Shown one piece after another: positions 50,728 to 64,000 of a stretch of 64,000 bases of DNA. The number at the start of each line of letters is the position of its first letter. The stretch's first letter is position 1. Origin of the DNA: Pelomyxa schiedti (lineage: Eukaryota; Protista; Evosea); NCBI GenBank assembly GCA_020536535.1, contig JAHLWZ010000823.1:1-64000 (forward strand), written 5' to 3'. Under the pieces are notes generated by a model. That model searched no databases, was not told the origin of the DNA, and saw only the letters and a list, made by a program, of their open reading frames with translations. The position numbers were made by a program, and so were the translations under genes.

Positions 50728-53397
50728 ATGTCAGCGGCGGGTGGAGACGAAGACGACTGCGTGATCGTGTCTTCCACGTCGTGGTCGAAGGGTACCGGCA
50801 GCTCGACGACGTCGTCGACTGCGAAACCGCGAAATCAGCCTCTGCTTCCCACTCCCGCTCTGCTCCCAACCCCTCCGCTCCTTCCAACTCCCACAATTCC
50901 TGCTGGGCCCCCCTTTCTCGGTGTATCACGTGCCACTGCCTTTCCCTCGTCGTCGGTGGCCATTTCCAACCCTAGACGTGAATCTCCCTCTACAACCACA
51001 GCACAACAGCAACCACCACCGACACAACAACAACAGCAATTGTCTGGTTTTGCCTCTTCGTCGTTTTCTGGATTGCAGGGATTGTTGTCATCTGCACGAG
51101 ATAAAAACCTGCAGCAGAAACGAGATAAGCAACAGGAAAAGGCTGAAGGAGAAGGCGAGGAGGCTGAGGAGGCAAGAAAGGACGAAATCGTAGCCATCGG
51201 TGAAACTGTGGATGCCGAGGTTTGTGATGGCAGCGATGCCAAAGTTGCTGAAAACAACACTGAAAATGCCAAAACTGCTGTGGGTGAGAGTGAGAATGAG
51301 AGTGAGAGTGCTGACTTGGAATGCGACGAGGGTCCTGGTGAATTGGCAATGCTAAGAAAGGAGAGTAAGTTCGATAGTATCTTTCCTCTTCCCGTCTTAT
51401 CCTCGAGCAAGATGCCAAACTCAAGAAGGAAAATGCTACGCTCAGAGATGGCTGCTCTGCTCCGGGAGCTATGTGTACTGTGCATTACTTCCCTGGAATG
51501 CATCCGTATGTAGCTTATTCAAAGCAGGAAATCCAAGGCTAATGTGAGAAATAGTCAGTGGAAGAGACAAATTGATTTCATTCTTCGTAACATCTCTTGT
51601 GTTAACGTGAATGTATCAACATTTGGAGAAGTACAACCTTCCCCAATGGCCCAAGAACCATCAACTAAAACGGAGATTATGGAATATCATGGCCTTTTTG
51701 TTGTCGAGAAAACCAAACCAGATACTGAGCAACTCCCTATGCGAGCTTTATACAGGCAATTTCCTATCCCAGTTGACATCCTCACTTCCTCTTGTTCTAT
51801 CTTTCCTGTAAGTTACGGTTATTGAAGATTAACGACACGACATATTGAATATTGTCCCATCAGCCAGCAAACTAATATTCTCATTAGCAATATGGCAGAA
51901 GCTGTTGGAATGAGCTCTAGTGTTAGTGAGAGCATCAAATGGGGGAATACGTGCTACAACTGTGGAATGCCTGGTCACAACTTCAACCAATGTAGCCTTG
52001 TAAGCTATTTTATTTTCTCTGTTCTTGCCATCCCTAATTTGGAAAAATAGCCTATTGATCACCTGAAAATTCGGACTACTGCAGGGTCAACATCTCCGAG
52101 GATCCCTAACAGTCGCTATTACGGGTTTATTCCTTTTTTCTTCTCGCACATGAATTTATTTATACCAAGAGGTGCACCTACAAGGGGATATTCACCTTTT
52201 GAAGCGTCGAAGTCTCCCCCATCCCCACATCGATACAGGCAGTCTGCTCAGGCCCCATCTTTGGTAGAGCGCCGCATCGCTTCACCACCACTTGTAAGTA
52301 CACCAACAAGGGGTAGGGGAGACAATGACAGATATCGAAGTAAAAGAAATAAGAGCAGAAGCACAAGTAAGAGTCGGAGCAGAAGCAGGAACAGGAGTAA
52401 GAGTAGAAACAGAAATAGGAGCAGAGGCAGAGGCAAGAGCCGGAGCAGGAGCAGGGACAAAGGCAGAAAAAGGAGCAAATCCTGGGATAGATACAAGCCA
52501 AACTCTAGAAGTAGATCAAAGGACAGAAGCAAGAGCCCCGAGAAACCAACGCCTAGAAAGAGGCCTTCTGATACAGCAATAACAGGAAGCGAAGTATCTG
52601 TTACCCCAAGTGCAGCGCCCGTTATACCTTCACCTGCCCTAAATTCAAACACTCAACCATACCCTCCAAACTTACAACCAGCAAATGCTCCATTGCCACA
52701 ATGTAGCCAAACCTTCGTACCCGTCCCCCTTTGTTACCCTTTCGGAGTTGCACAGCCTTACCCTGCACCCTTACTACAGCCTTCTCCAGTACGAACTGTT
52801 TACGGGTCCCAAGTGACACTCCCTCACCCTTCACCTGTGTTAGAAATGCCCCCGCCTCAGTGGTACGTTCCACCTCCGGCACCCCTGAATGCACCACAGC
52901 AAACTCCGCAGCCAAGGCCGGACCAAGAAACAACAGTCGACCAGCTTCAACCGCCTCAACCAGTACCATCATTCCCACCTCCACAATTGCAATCACAATT
53001 ACAATCACAATCGCGCCGGCAGGCAAACACTGAACCACAAAGACCAACTCAATCAACCCAAAAGCAAATCCAAAACCAAAATCAAGCACAGTCAGTGCAG
53101 TCAGCAGCCCCAACTCCACAAAATCAGGCCATCCAAGCGGCCGTGACCCCCATACAGACAGCAGAACCTGCTGAAACAACCTCACAAGCATCAACAAAAC
53201 CAAATACACCAATGCCAACAACACCAACACCCACAACACAACCCACAACTGCGGTAGTAGTAGCAGCTACACCCACCCCAAATAAGGCCAGCACCACGAA
53301 TACAGCAGCAGAAAGCTTTGGCCCACCAGCCCAAATACCGTCAGGAAAATGGAAGGAACTGAAGGGGATTCTGCAGGCGCGCAGGCACAAGTTCTAA
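50728..53397 (+). CDS. Hypothetical protein with RS-repeat and Pro/Gln-rich C-terminus
   Basis: Co-oriented ORFs 50728-51513, 51544-51825 and 52150-53397; SRSRSRNRSKSR tract. Confidence 0.65.
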
Positions 53398-53657
53398 TTA
53401 AGGCTACCTTGAACTATTGGATTTGTCTCTGGCCAAAGGAGTGCCCTCTGTGAGGCGAGATCTCGCCGTCGCATCTCGTTCGGAGAAGCAGATCTTTCCC
53501 TTTTTTCCGCCAATCAAGTGAAAAAAAACAACAAAATTCTGTCAACGAGAACAACAAAAAACAAAAAAAAAAACAAAAAAACCTCGGGGCGGCACACCGG
53601 CAGGGACAGCAGTGTCGTCAAAACGAACGTGTAGATCTTGTATACTGTGTGGACGAT

Positions 53658-56273
<2,616 letters not shown>

Positions 56274-56510
56274 CGGAATGCCACATGAAATAATGTACCC
56301 ATGTGTCGCCATTTCCAAGACAGTTTCTTTTTTTTGTAATCTAATCGCCACAAGTTGGTGGTCTTGCATTGGATAAATACAAATTTACCCGAATCTATTC
56401 TGGACGTAAGTGTCGGTTTCGCTTTTTATTTTTTTTTTTTTTTTGTATTTGACAAGCCAATGAGAAGGAAACAAACGTAACGGAAAAATAAAGGACGAGG
56501 CCAGGGGCTG

Positions 56511-57800
56511 ATGTCGCAGTTGTACAAATTGGACGCCCATCTCTCCCTCCCTCCGCTTGTCAAATTTGGGGGCAACGCAGGGAAACGCAAGGTCACAAAG
56601 TGCGCCGCCAAGCCAACTGAAACGCTGCTGAGCGAACTCCAATGCGCCGAGTTCAAGTGTCTGCTTCAGGCGTTCCTCAGTCCCCAGCCGCCAGCCACCC
56701 TTCAATGCGGGTGCGTCAATTACCTGCCCGCGAGCGGCAACAGCCCGACTGGCACGCTGGTCGTCGTGTGCCTGAGAGACAGCGAACTGGACATGGACAA
56801 GTGGGTGATAGTCTGCAACCACGTGGGCGAATTCCCCGTCGGGGGGTGGGATCCACCCAAATTCCCTGAGCACATCGGCGATAATCCATACACCTGCCTG
56901 CTTGGCACCGGTCTCCTGAATAGCCACTCTCAGTCGAAGAAGCGCCCAGAGGCCCGGCGAATTTGCTGCACTCCTCACACCACACAGATCACAAGGGAAA
57001 TCGGAAGCCCAACGCAAGGACAAGATGTTGACTACTTGCGGTATTGCCGCGAATTTGCGAAGGAGGTTGAAGAGGGACGGTGGGGGTACGGCCGTGAACC
57101 CGACCACTATTCTTTCCCTGACCTCCAGGGACCCCTTGAAACGAATTCCAGGGACCCTACATTCTGGAGCCCACTTTTCAAGTTGCGCACGGCTTGGTAC
57201 TTTGGAAAGCCATACTTCGACCACCTTCCCGGTATCGAGATTGCAATGATGCGGTGGTTGCTTGCGAGGAGTTTGACACTCCCTAGTTACATTGACAACG
57301 TAATGAAATCCAAGTTGAGACTCACGTGCGGAGAAGAAATGCCACCTTGGTATATGATATTCACAAAGAATGAGGAGAGCCAGCCAACTTCACACATCCT
57401 TGTGGAGCTTTTCTTCAACTTCCTTGGGCTTGTGCAGAAACAGTACCCCCAGTTCATGTCTAAGCTAGTCACTAAGCAGCCAGTGTCATTGCATTTCTTC
57501 ATAGTTGGTGATTACACTGGAACCATACAATTGCGTGAAATTACTGTTCCAGCAAAGCCCCCGTGGCTGCAGCCCAAAACTCCAGTCAATTTCATCCAGA
57601 GGGATGACAATTTGAGAGCATCTCTATCTGATGTGTTCCAGAAGCAGTGGTGGGGTCGTGGGAACAGTGAAACTGATGTCTGTGATTGCTTTAATGACTT
57701 TGAGCCTGAACAGCAACAAAGGTTTCGTGATTGCTATAGCGCAGGTTACAGTGGGAGCACATTCCTGGACCTGTATAGACAAACCTTCCACAGCTTATAG
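56511..57800 (+). CDS. Hypothetical globular protein (429-aa single ORF; may have short 3' exons to ~57962)
   Basis: Long ATG-initiated ORF with complex composition; no family recognised. Confidence 0.7.
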   Translation: MSQLYKLDAHLSLPPLVKFGGNAGKRKVTKCAAKPTETLLSELQCAEFKCLLQAFLSPQPPATLQCGCVNYLPASGNSPTGTLVVVCLRDSELDMDKWVIVCNHVGEFPVGGWDPPKFPEHIGDNPYTCLLGTGLLNSHSQSKKRPEARRICCTPHTTQITREIGSPTQGQDVDYLRYCREFAKEVEEGRWGYGREPDHYSFPDLQGPLETNSRDPTFWSPLFKLRTAWYFGKPYFDHLPGIEIAMMRWLLARSLTLPSYIDNVMKSKLRLTCGEEMPPWYMIFTKNEESQPTSHILVELFFNFLGLVQKQYPQFMSKLVTKQPVSLHFFIVGDYTGTIQLREITVPAKPPWLQPKTPVNFIQRDDNLRASLSDVFQKQWWGRGNSETDVCDCFNDFEPEQQQRFRDCYSAGYSGSTFLDLYRQTFHSL

Positions 57801-58202
57801 GTATGAGCGGGTGATGTGAAAAACTGCTGTAGAATAACACTGGGTGTTTAAAAACTTTTTTTCTCAGAGGCCTATGAGAAGCTTGCCATTAGTGGCCTTC
57901 ACAGTTTCCCTAAACTGCCAAGTGGAACGGACCCTGAATACAGTCCAGAGTCATCTATGTAGATAATTGATAGATCGGGGTTTTCCAGATAGGTGAGGCG
58001 AAGCCTGTCAAGGTGACTGGGTGTCATGGTATTCTCGTCGTAATCACGATGTAGGCTCCAGGAAAATCTTGTGCGATCTGATTGTGAGTGCGCACCATTT
58101 CAGTGGATTATGTCCTCTGGGTTCCCGGGCAGCTACAGCAACTGCGAGGCTCTCAACTCAAAAACCACAAGAAAAAATTAAAAGTATTCTTTCACGGAAT
58201 TG

Positions 58203-60121
58203 ATGGTTTCCCAAAACAAATTTGACATGAACATACCACAGGTGGCGCAGTTCGTAGTGAGAGTGTGTCGCGATGCAATTGCGCGCACACAAGAAACAGG
58301 GTCTTCTGAACAATTATGGGGGAAGGTTGCCGAATCCGCATTAGCTTTGAAGTACTTTTCGTCGTCTGAAACTGTTGTTCAAGTACGGGTTTTTTCCCTT
58401 TGTATTTGCATTTGTTCAGCGTTGCTTTAGAGTGCATTTGTGGAGGCTGGAGCAATTGACATGGTTGCTGAAATGATTACTAAAACTATCGCTCGTCGTC
58501 CCAGTGGTACGTTATTTTCTTGAATGGGAAAAAAAAGGCTTCACTGACACGTGCAAGACTCTAGTTATTGTCCTATATTGGAAGGCGCACTGCATTGCAT
58601 ATGGAGTTTGTGCATTGGTAAAGATGAATTATTCGTGCACATACTTTAAATTACTGATTGAGCGGGGGGGGAGGGGGGGACGGATTTACTAATGAACATT
58701 CAGGGAATGCGGGAAATAAACTGAAAGTTTCGTCTGCATTACCTGTTGTTTTGCAGATCCTACGGCAAGACCTCCCCAATCAAGTCCTGGAGGTAGCTGT
58801 TATGGTCATTTGGAGTGCATGCTATGGCGTTCCCTGTAATCAACAGTGCGTGCTGAACAGTGGAGGAATAGAAATCATGGGTATGAGCACCAGGAAATCC
58901 CTTTTTAAGTGTATCCATAGAAAATTTGATGTGCAATAAGACACAACCGAATTCAAGTATGGAGCATGCTATTACTGGAGCCATTTGGCATCTTTCGACT
59001 CTTGTGGAAGCAAGTGTGCACATTAAACTACTTTTTTCAAATAAGAATTGATAGGACTGCCCATTGCAAAAAGTAAAATCATGGCGCGTCTTCCAGTTAT
59101 AGCCTGCAATGCCTTTAATGAGGAAGAACACAACAATAGTACTGAGAGTGCGGTTTGTCCCGTTCATAAAATAATATGCAAGCTCATTTTACTCAAGTTA
59201 GCTATTTGCTGCCCTAGCAATCGGGTTCATAACTATGGATCTTTCCTCTGCCCCTTTAGTTAAAAGTTGTGGTGGTATAGACGCCATCGTCACTTTCATT
59301 AGGGGTAGAGATCACACACGATACTCCCTTCATGGGCTTGTGTGGACCACCTTTGATCCTCTTGTTCAACTCATTTCATCTGAGAACGCCCCAATAAGAT
59401 TGTTGGGTGTTTTTCTTGTTGCATGCTTGTCAAGAACCACCGAGCTGACTGCAAAACTGTTCATGAGTGGAATAAACACTAAAATACTTGCTTATTTGCA
59501 TGCTCCCATGGAATCCCCGGCAAGTGTATGTGAGGTCAAATTGAACGAGCTCTACACATTCATTCTAGCCAATTGGAACATTTCCTCTGTTTCAGAGTGT
59601 TCAAAAGAGGCTAGTGTCACAAAGAATGAATCTCTAGAGCGTGTTCTTACTTCAATTGGGTTTCCACCTAGGTTCGCAAGAATATACATTTCCTCCCCTT
59701 GATGAAAATTCAGACTCATTGAGCATGTGGCCAGCAATGGTCACGATCTAGCGGAATTGCCTGACTCCCTGGACTTGACACATTCCCAAAGAATTATTCT
59801 TCATAACGCCTGGAAAACAATGTGAAATTCTGTTCCTTGATACGGTTAACGTTCTTTTGCAGAAACACCAACTTCGCTTGTTCGACTCTGACACCCATAT
59901 CAATGTGCACTATTTGCATGGATTCTCACTGTACAGTGTACTTTGATCCATGTGGGCATAGAGCAGCATGCGAAGCATGCACACACATATTATTAGCTAG
60001 TAACGAAAGATGCCCTTTATGCAGAGCAAAAATCTCCGGCTTTGTTGCGCCCTTGCTCCCCCAGTATGTACAATTTGTCTACCAAAACAAAACTTCTCGC
60101 TCTCACTTCTACAGTAATTAA
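58203..60121 (+). CDS. ARM-repeat protein with C-terminal C3HC4 RING (probable E3 ligase)
   Basis: ARM-like NQQCVLNSGGIE, LVKSCGGIDAI; RING CTICMD..FDPCGHRAACEAC..CPLCRAKI. Confidence 0.75.
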
Positions 60122-60589
60122 ATCACACTCACCTAAATAACCCGCACAAACCCATTCATGCCTTCCGCTCTTCCAGCACTCAGTGCATAATTCTGATATG
60201 ATTCTTGTAGGATTGACCCTCCTGCCAAGTGTATCCTCTGTGCTGATTCTGCAATCTCCTGTATATTCGTTCCGTGTGGACACGGGCTCTGCTGTACCAC
60301 CTGCAGCCCCAAGCTCCCACAATGCCCATTGTGCCACGCTCCAGTGGCCCGCACCATCACGCTGCTGTGAGAGCAATCTTCAAATTCTTTGTTGCCGGGA
60401 GTTCCAAGCCAGATTTCGCCCGGAACTTAGCAATATTTACGCCGCATTTGAAATTCAAGATGCCAAGAACCCCGGGCCAACTTGTCACCCCTACATAAAA
60501 ACAAAAGAAAACCACGAGCAAGAAAACCGCACCAAGAGCGCGCAGACGCGTGTTGTGAGTGTCGCTTATTCGGGAGTGTGTTGATAAAG

Positions 60590-62180
60590 ATGTCTCGACA
60601 AGGAGGGCCGACAGTTGAAGAGCTGTCTGATGACGACCTAGAGGGGACAGGCTGCGGCGGCAACATAAACAACAACAGCAGCAGCAACAGACCCGGCGAG
60701 GGCAGTCGTTCGGCTGCGGCACCGCCTGCGACGCATGGGATTGTGGAGGAGCCAGAGGAGTACTATGGTGGTGGACATGTGCCTCCCTCCTCCTCCTCGT
60801 CGTCGCACCATCACCACGGTCACCAGCACCAGCAGAACAGGCAGCACCCGCAACAGCAACAGCAGCAGCAACAGCAACAGCAGTACCAGCAGCAACGGCG
60901 GGAGAGTGGTGGTAGACAGCAGCAGTACCAACGGGGAAGCTATGGAACAAACCCGATGGATCCTTTTGGAATGGACGACATGTTTTCTGTATGTTGGCAT
61001 CTGTGTTTGCTTAGAATGGGTATTTATTTTTGTTGTAGGGAATGGGAATGTTTGGACGTCCTGCAGCTGCAGACCCTTTTGCGATATTTGATTCCATGTT
61101 TGGGCAGTCCGCCTTTGGAGGTTCCCCTTTCGGAGGTACCCCCTTTGGCTCTTTTGGATTCCCGTCATTCCCCAGTTTAATGGGGCCTGGGAACAACGGC
61201 GGGCATGGTGGGGGTTCTTCTTACAGGTTCCTGTCCCTATTTTCCTACTTGAATTAATCTGTTGCAAGCTATTCCTCAAGTTATATGTCGTCCTCTGGCG
61301 GTCCCAATGGAAAGCCTGTGTTTTATGAAGCCACCAAGACGCAAAGAGTGGGCCCTGGTGGGGTACACTTTTCTCCCTGTTCAGCTTGTATGTTACCATT
61401 GATCCCAGATTTCTGAGGAACAAATCACAGAAAAGGATTCCAGAACTAAGACTAGTCGAATGGAAATTAATAGAAGTATTGGGGATCGATCCCGCTCCAT
61501 ACAACAGGAAAGGATTGGGTCTGGCCCTATTCAGACAACAGAGGAACTTGTGGGAGTAAACCAAGGTTACGAATTTCCGTTGAATCGCTAACACTCACTC
61601 GGGTTCTCTTTCTAGATGAGGCAAATGCCTTCGACTTCGAATGGCGGCAACAAGCCAACCAATCATTTTTAGGTACTTCTTGATTTTGCAGTAAAGAATA
61701 TTCCATTCATTGTGAAAAGGTATAGCAGCACCACCACAGGCTAAACCCACATTGGCTATCGAAAATGTACCGCAAGATAGCGCGAGAAATGCACAACCTC
61801 ACTCTCAGTATCAAACACACCAATCTCAATACCAGACGCAGCCTCAATACCAGGCTACGCATCAAACACAGCAACCTCAATTACACACAGCACAACAACC
61901 TTATCACACAGCACAACCACAACCGCAATATACGCAACATTCACACCATCCCATGCAGCACCAACCGCAGTTCCCGACAACTCCACAGGCACAATTTCAT
62001 ACCCCTCAGTCACAACAGCATTACAACACCACACCGCAACACACAATCCCAGTTCAACCCCAACAACAAAGAAGTAGTGCACCCTCTCGCACACCTTCCC
62101 AAACTCAACAACCTAGTAGCAACACATCCACTTCCCCTTTTAACTACCTACAGCCCTACCAACAAAACCGGCGAAGTTAA
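60590..62180 (+). CDS. Myeloid leukemia factor (MLF) family protein
   Basis: F/G-rich segment, then YSSSYMSSSGGPNGKPVFYEATKTQRVGPGG-ISE...DSRT..RMEINRSIGDRSR...DEANAFDFEW; Q/H-rich tail. Confidence 0.82.
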
Positions 62181-62218
62181 TTACATTATTGATTGAGTGA
62201 CAACAATACAAAAACAAA

Positions 62219-62802
62219 TTTGGGACTCACACTAGGGGGTTTTTGGTCCAAAAAACGAAAATCTGGTCCAGGGGAAAAAAAGCCGGTCCGTAAAAAAAAA
62301 TTTTTTCTGTGAATTTCTGTGGTTTTGTCACAGGGTGTGAGGCATGTGGTTGTCAGAGCTTGTTGTAACATGGACAACTCAATATTATTGTCACAACCAG
62401 CAACAGTAATGACTTAAAACCAAGGTATTGAGTCAACGTCACACTGAGGACAAGTCACCTCCAGAGAGACACTGTGCCATCTCAGTACAACTTGTTATGG
62501 GTGACTACAACAGCATTGCCATGCACATTTAATGTCCTCTGTGCCTGCTGCATGTGTGTTTATTTCACAGAAAAAAAGAATTATTTTTCCGGACCGGATT
62601 TTTTTTTTTCTGGACCAGGGCACTTTTGGGCAAAAAAAATTCCTTTCTCCCTTCAGGGCACAGAGACTGCTGCAGGACCAAGCACATTTTCTGGTCCACC
62701 CTTTGGGCCAGCTAAATCCAAAAGAGCAGATTTTTCCATCCACCCCCGACTGAGAACAACACTCTGATTCATCAAAACGAATTTTTTAGTGTGAGTCCCA
62801 AA
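62219..62802. mobile_element. MITE-like element (584 bp) with perfect 16-bp TIRs
   Basis: tttgggactcacacta (62219-62234) / tagtgtgagtcccaaa (62787-62802); internal inverted block ~62265-62315 vs ~62563-62620; repeated ggtcc/ggacc motifs; no TSD seen. Confidence 0.8.
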
Positions 62803-62853
62803 GTTAGTTTCTCAACGCTTTTAAACCCAAAAGCGTCGTACGTCACAGATAAG

Positions 62854-64000
62854 ATGGCAGCCACGACCAGCGTAACGGATGTAAAGATAGAGTTGTCGGC
62901 GCTTCACATTGAGTTTTGCAAAGGGTCGGCCGCGCACAACTTCATTCTGAGAGTGACAGACCACTCCACAAGATCTTTTTGGCAGTCTCAAATCGATAGT
63001 GAAGGTGCCTCAGCCTTGACCAAGGTGGGAACCTTGTTTTTTTTTACCCATCTCCTGTGACGCCGCACAAAGGGGTGCATTTTGGATACAAAACACTTTG
63101 AGAAATACCTACAAGACAACCTAACACACCCCTCGACTGCAGCATTAAGGGTTGGTTTCTTTTTTTTTTCCTGTCCAGTCAATTACAATTTCTTACCTTT
63201 TCTCTCGTTGCAAAGACATCTGATGGAAGTCTTAAATTGACTTTTCCACTGTGCTTTCCTTATAGAGAACCAGATAATTTTGTGATAAATATGCCGTGTA
63301 CTAGGTGGACATTCGAGAATCTCTCAGAGCTTATGCTGGACATGTCTGAGCAGGTTGAGATATACCACCTGTAAAGAGTAATTCATTATCCCGTTCAGAT
63401 CAAGATTTTGCACAACGAAAATGAAGTTTTGAAGAGGTTTTTATTTTCTGAATCCACTTTGAAACATTTCACAAGCCTGGAACCACTCATCAAACGAGTA
63501 TTCTCAGTTTAACATTGTTCCAGTCAATTTTTGATGATTCTCAGGGATTTCAGCCACTGCTATTTTTGGATGGGGCTGACATGGGGTTCTCCACTGAATC
63601 TTGGACAACCACTGGGTTGCCAACTGGGCCCTCTCGGAAATACCTGGAATACAACACAAAGGTTGTATCCCAGTTGGCTCTCATTGATCCTGCTTCCCAA
63701 AGATACACTGTTCTGGCACTCCCTTCTCCAACAACTGCCTTGGCTTTCTTCTCTGTAAGCTTTCTGAACCTTTTTTTGTGGATCTGACATTCTTCAGGAT
63801 CCAGCAACAGTTTCATTAGAGGTTATAGATGGATGCCGCTCTCCATTGCAATTGATTTATGGAACGGATCCGGACATAACAACAACACCAAACTGGAGGA
63901 AGAACTCAATGTCAGGCCCTGTGGGGAATTGTATGTGTGTGCGTTTGGGAGGATGGCTCCACCAGCAATGGGGGGATAACTTCCCACAAGACAGTCAAGG
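62854..64000 (+). CDS. Hypothetical multi-exon protein, probably continuing past the window; N-terminus weakly resembles an XRCC4/CCDC61-type head plus coiled coil
   Basis: MAATT..FILRVTDHSTRSFWQSQIDSEGASALTKG..FEKYLQDNL, then coiled-coil-like IKILHNENEVLK; short GT-AG introns. Confidence 0.5.

Overview
Gene-dense eukaryotic (protist) genomic window with many short GT-AG introns (mostly about 30-60 nt) and GC-rich first exons. The gene style suggests an amoebozoan, possibly Pelomyxa-like; this is an inference, not checked. Recognisable housekeeping genes: APC10, KATNIP/KIAA0556, NSE4, SAH hydrolase, RBBP5, RRP7, a PAK kinase and an MLF-family gene. Also present are a decayed polyubiquitin locus, a hAT transposase remnant and several MITE-like inverted-repeat elements. 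Most interesting: (1) a plexin-like single-pass receptor (propeller-(PSI-IPT)x5-TM-RasGAP) with an apparently unsplit NF1/GAP1-type GAP domain; (2) a TRIM (RING-Bbox-Bbox-coiled coil) ending in an olfactomedin domain that has lost its Ca2+ ligands; (3) a ~8.3 kb GPI-anchored Cys/Tyr-rich surface protein built from ~11 duplicated multi-exon units; (4) a LIM-gelsolin fusion with a predicted 3-nt microexon. Exon boundaries were inferred by eye, so gene ends are approximate.
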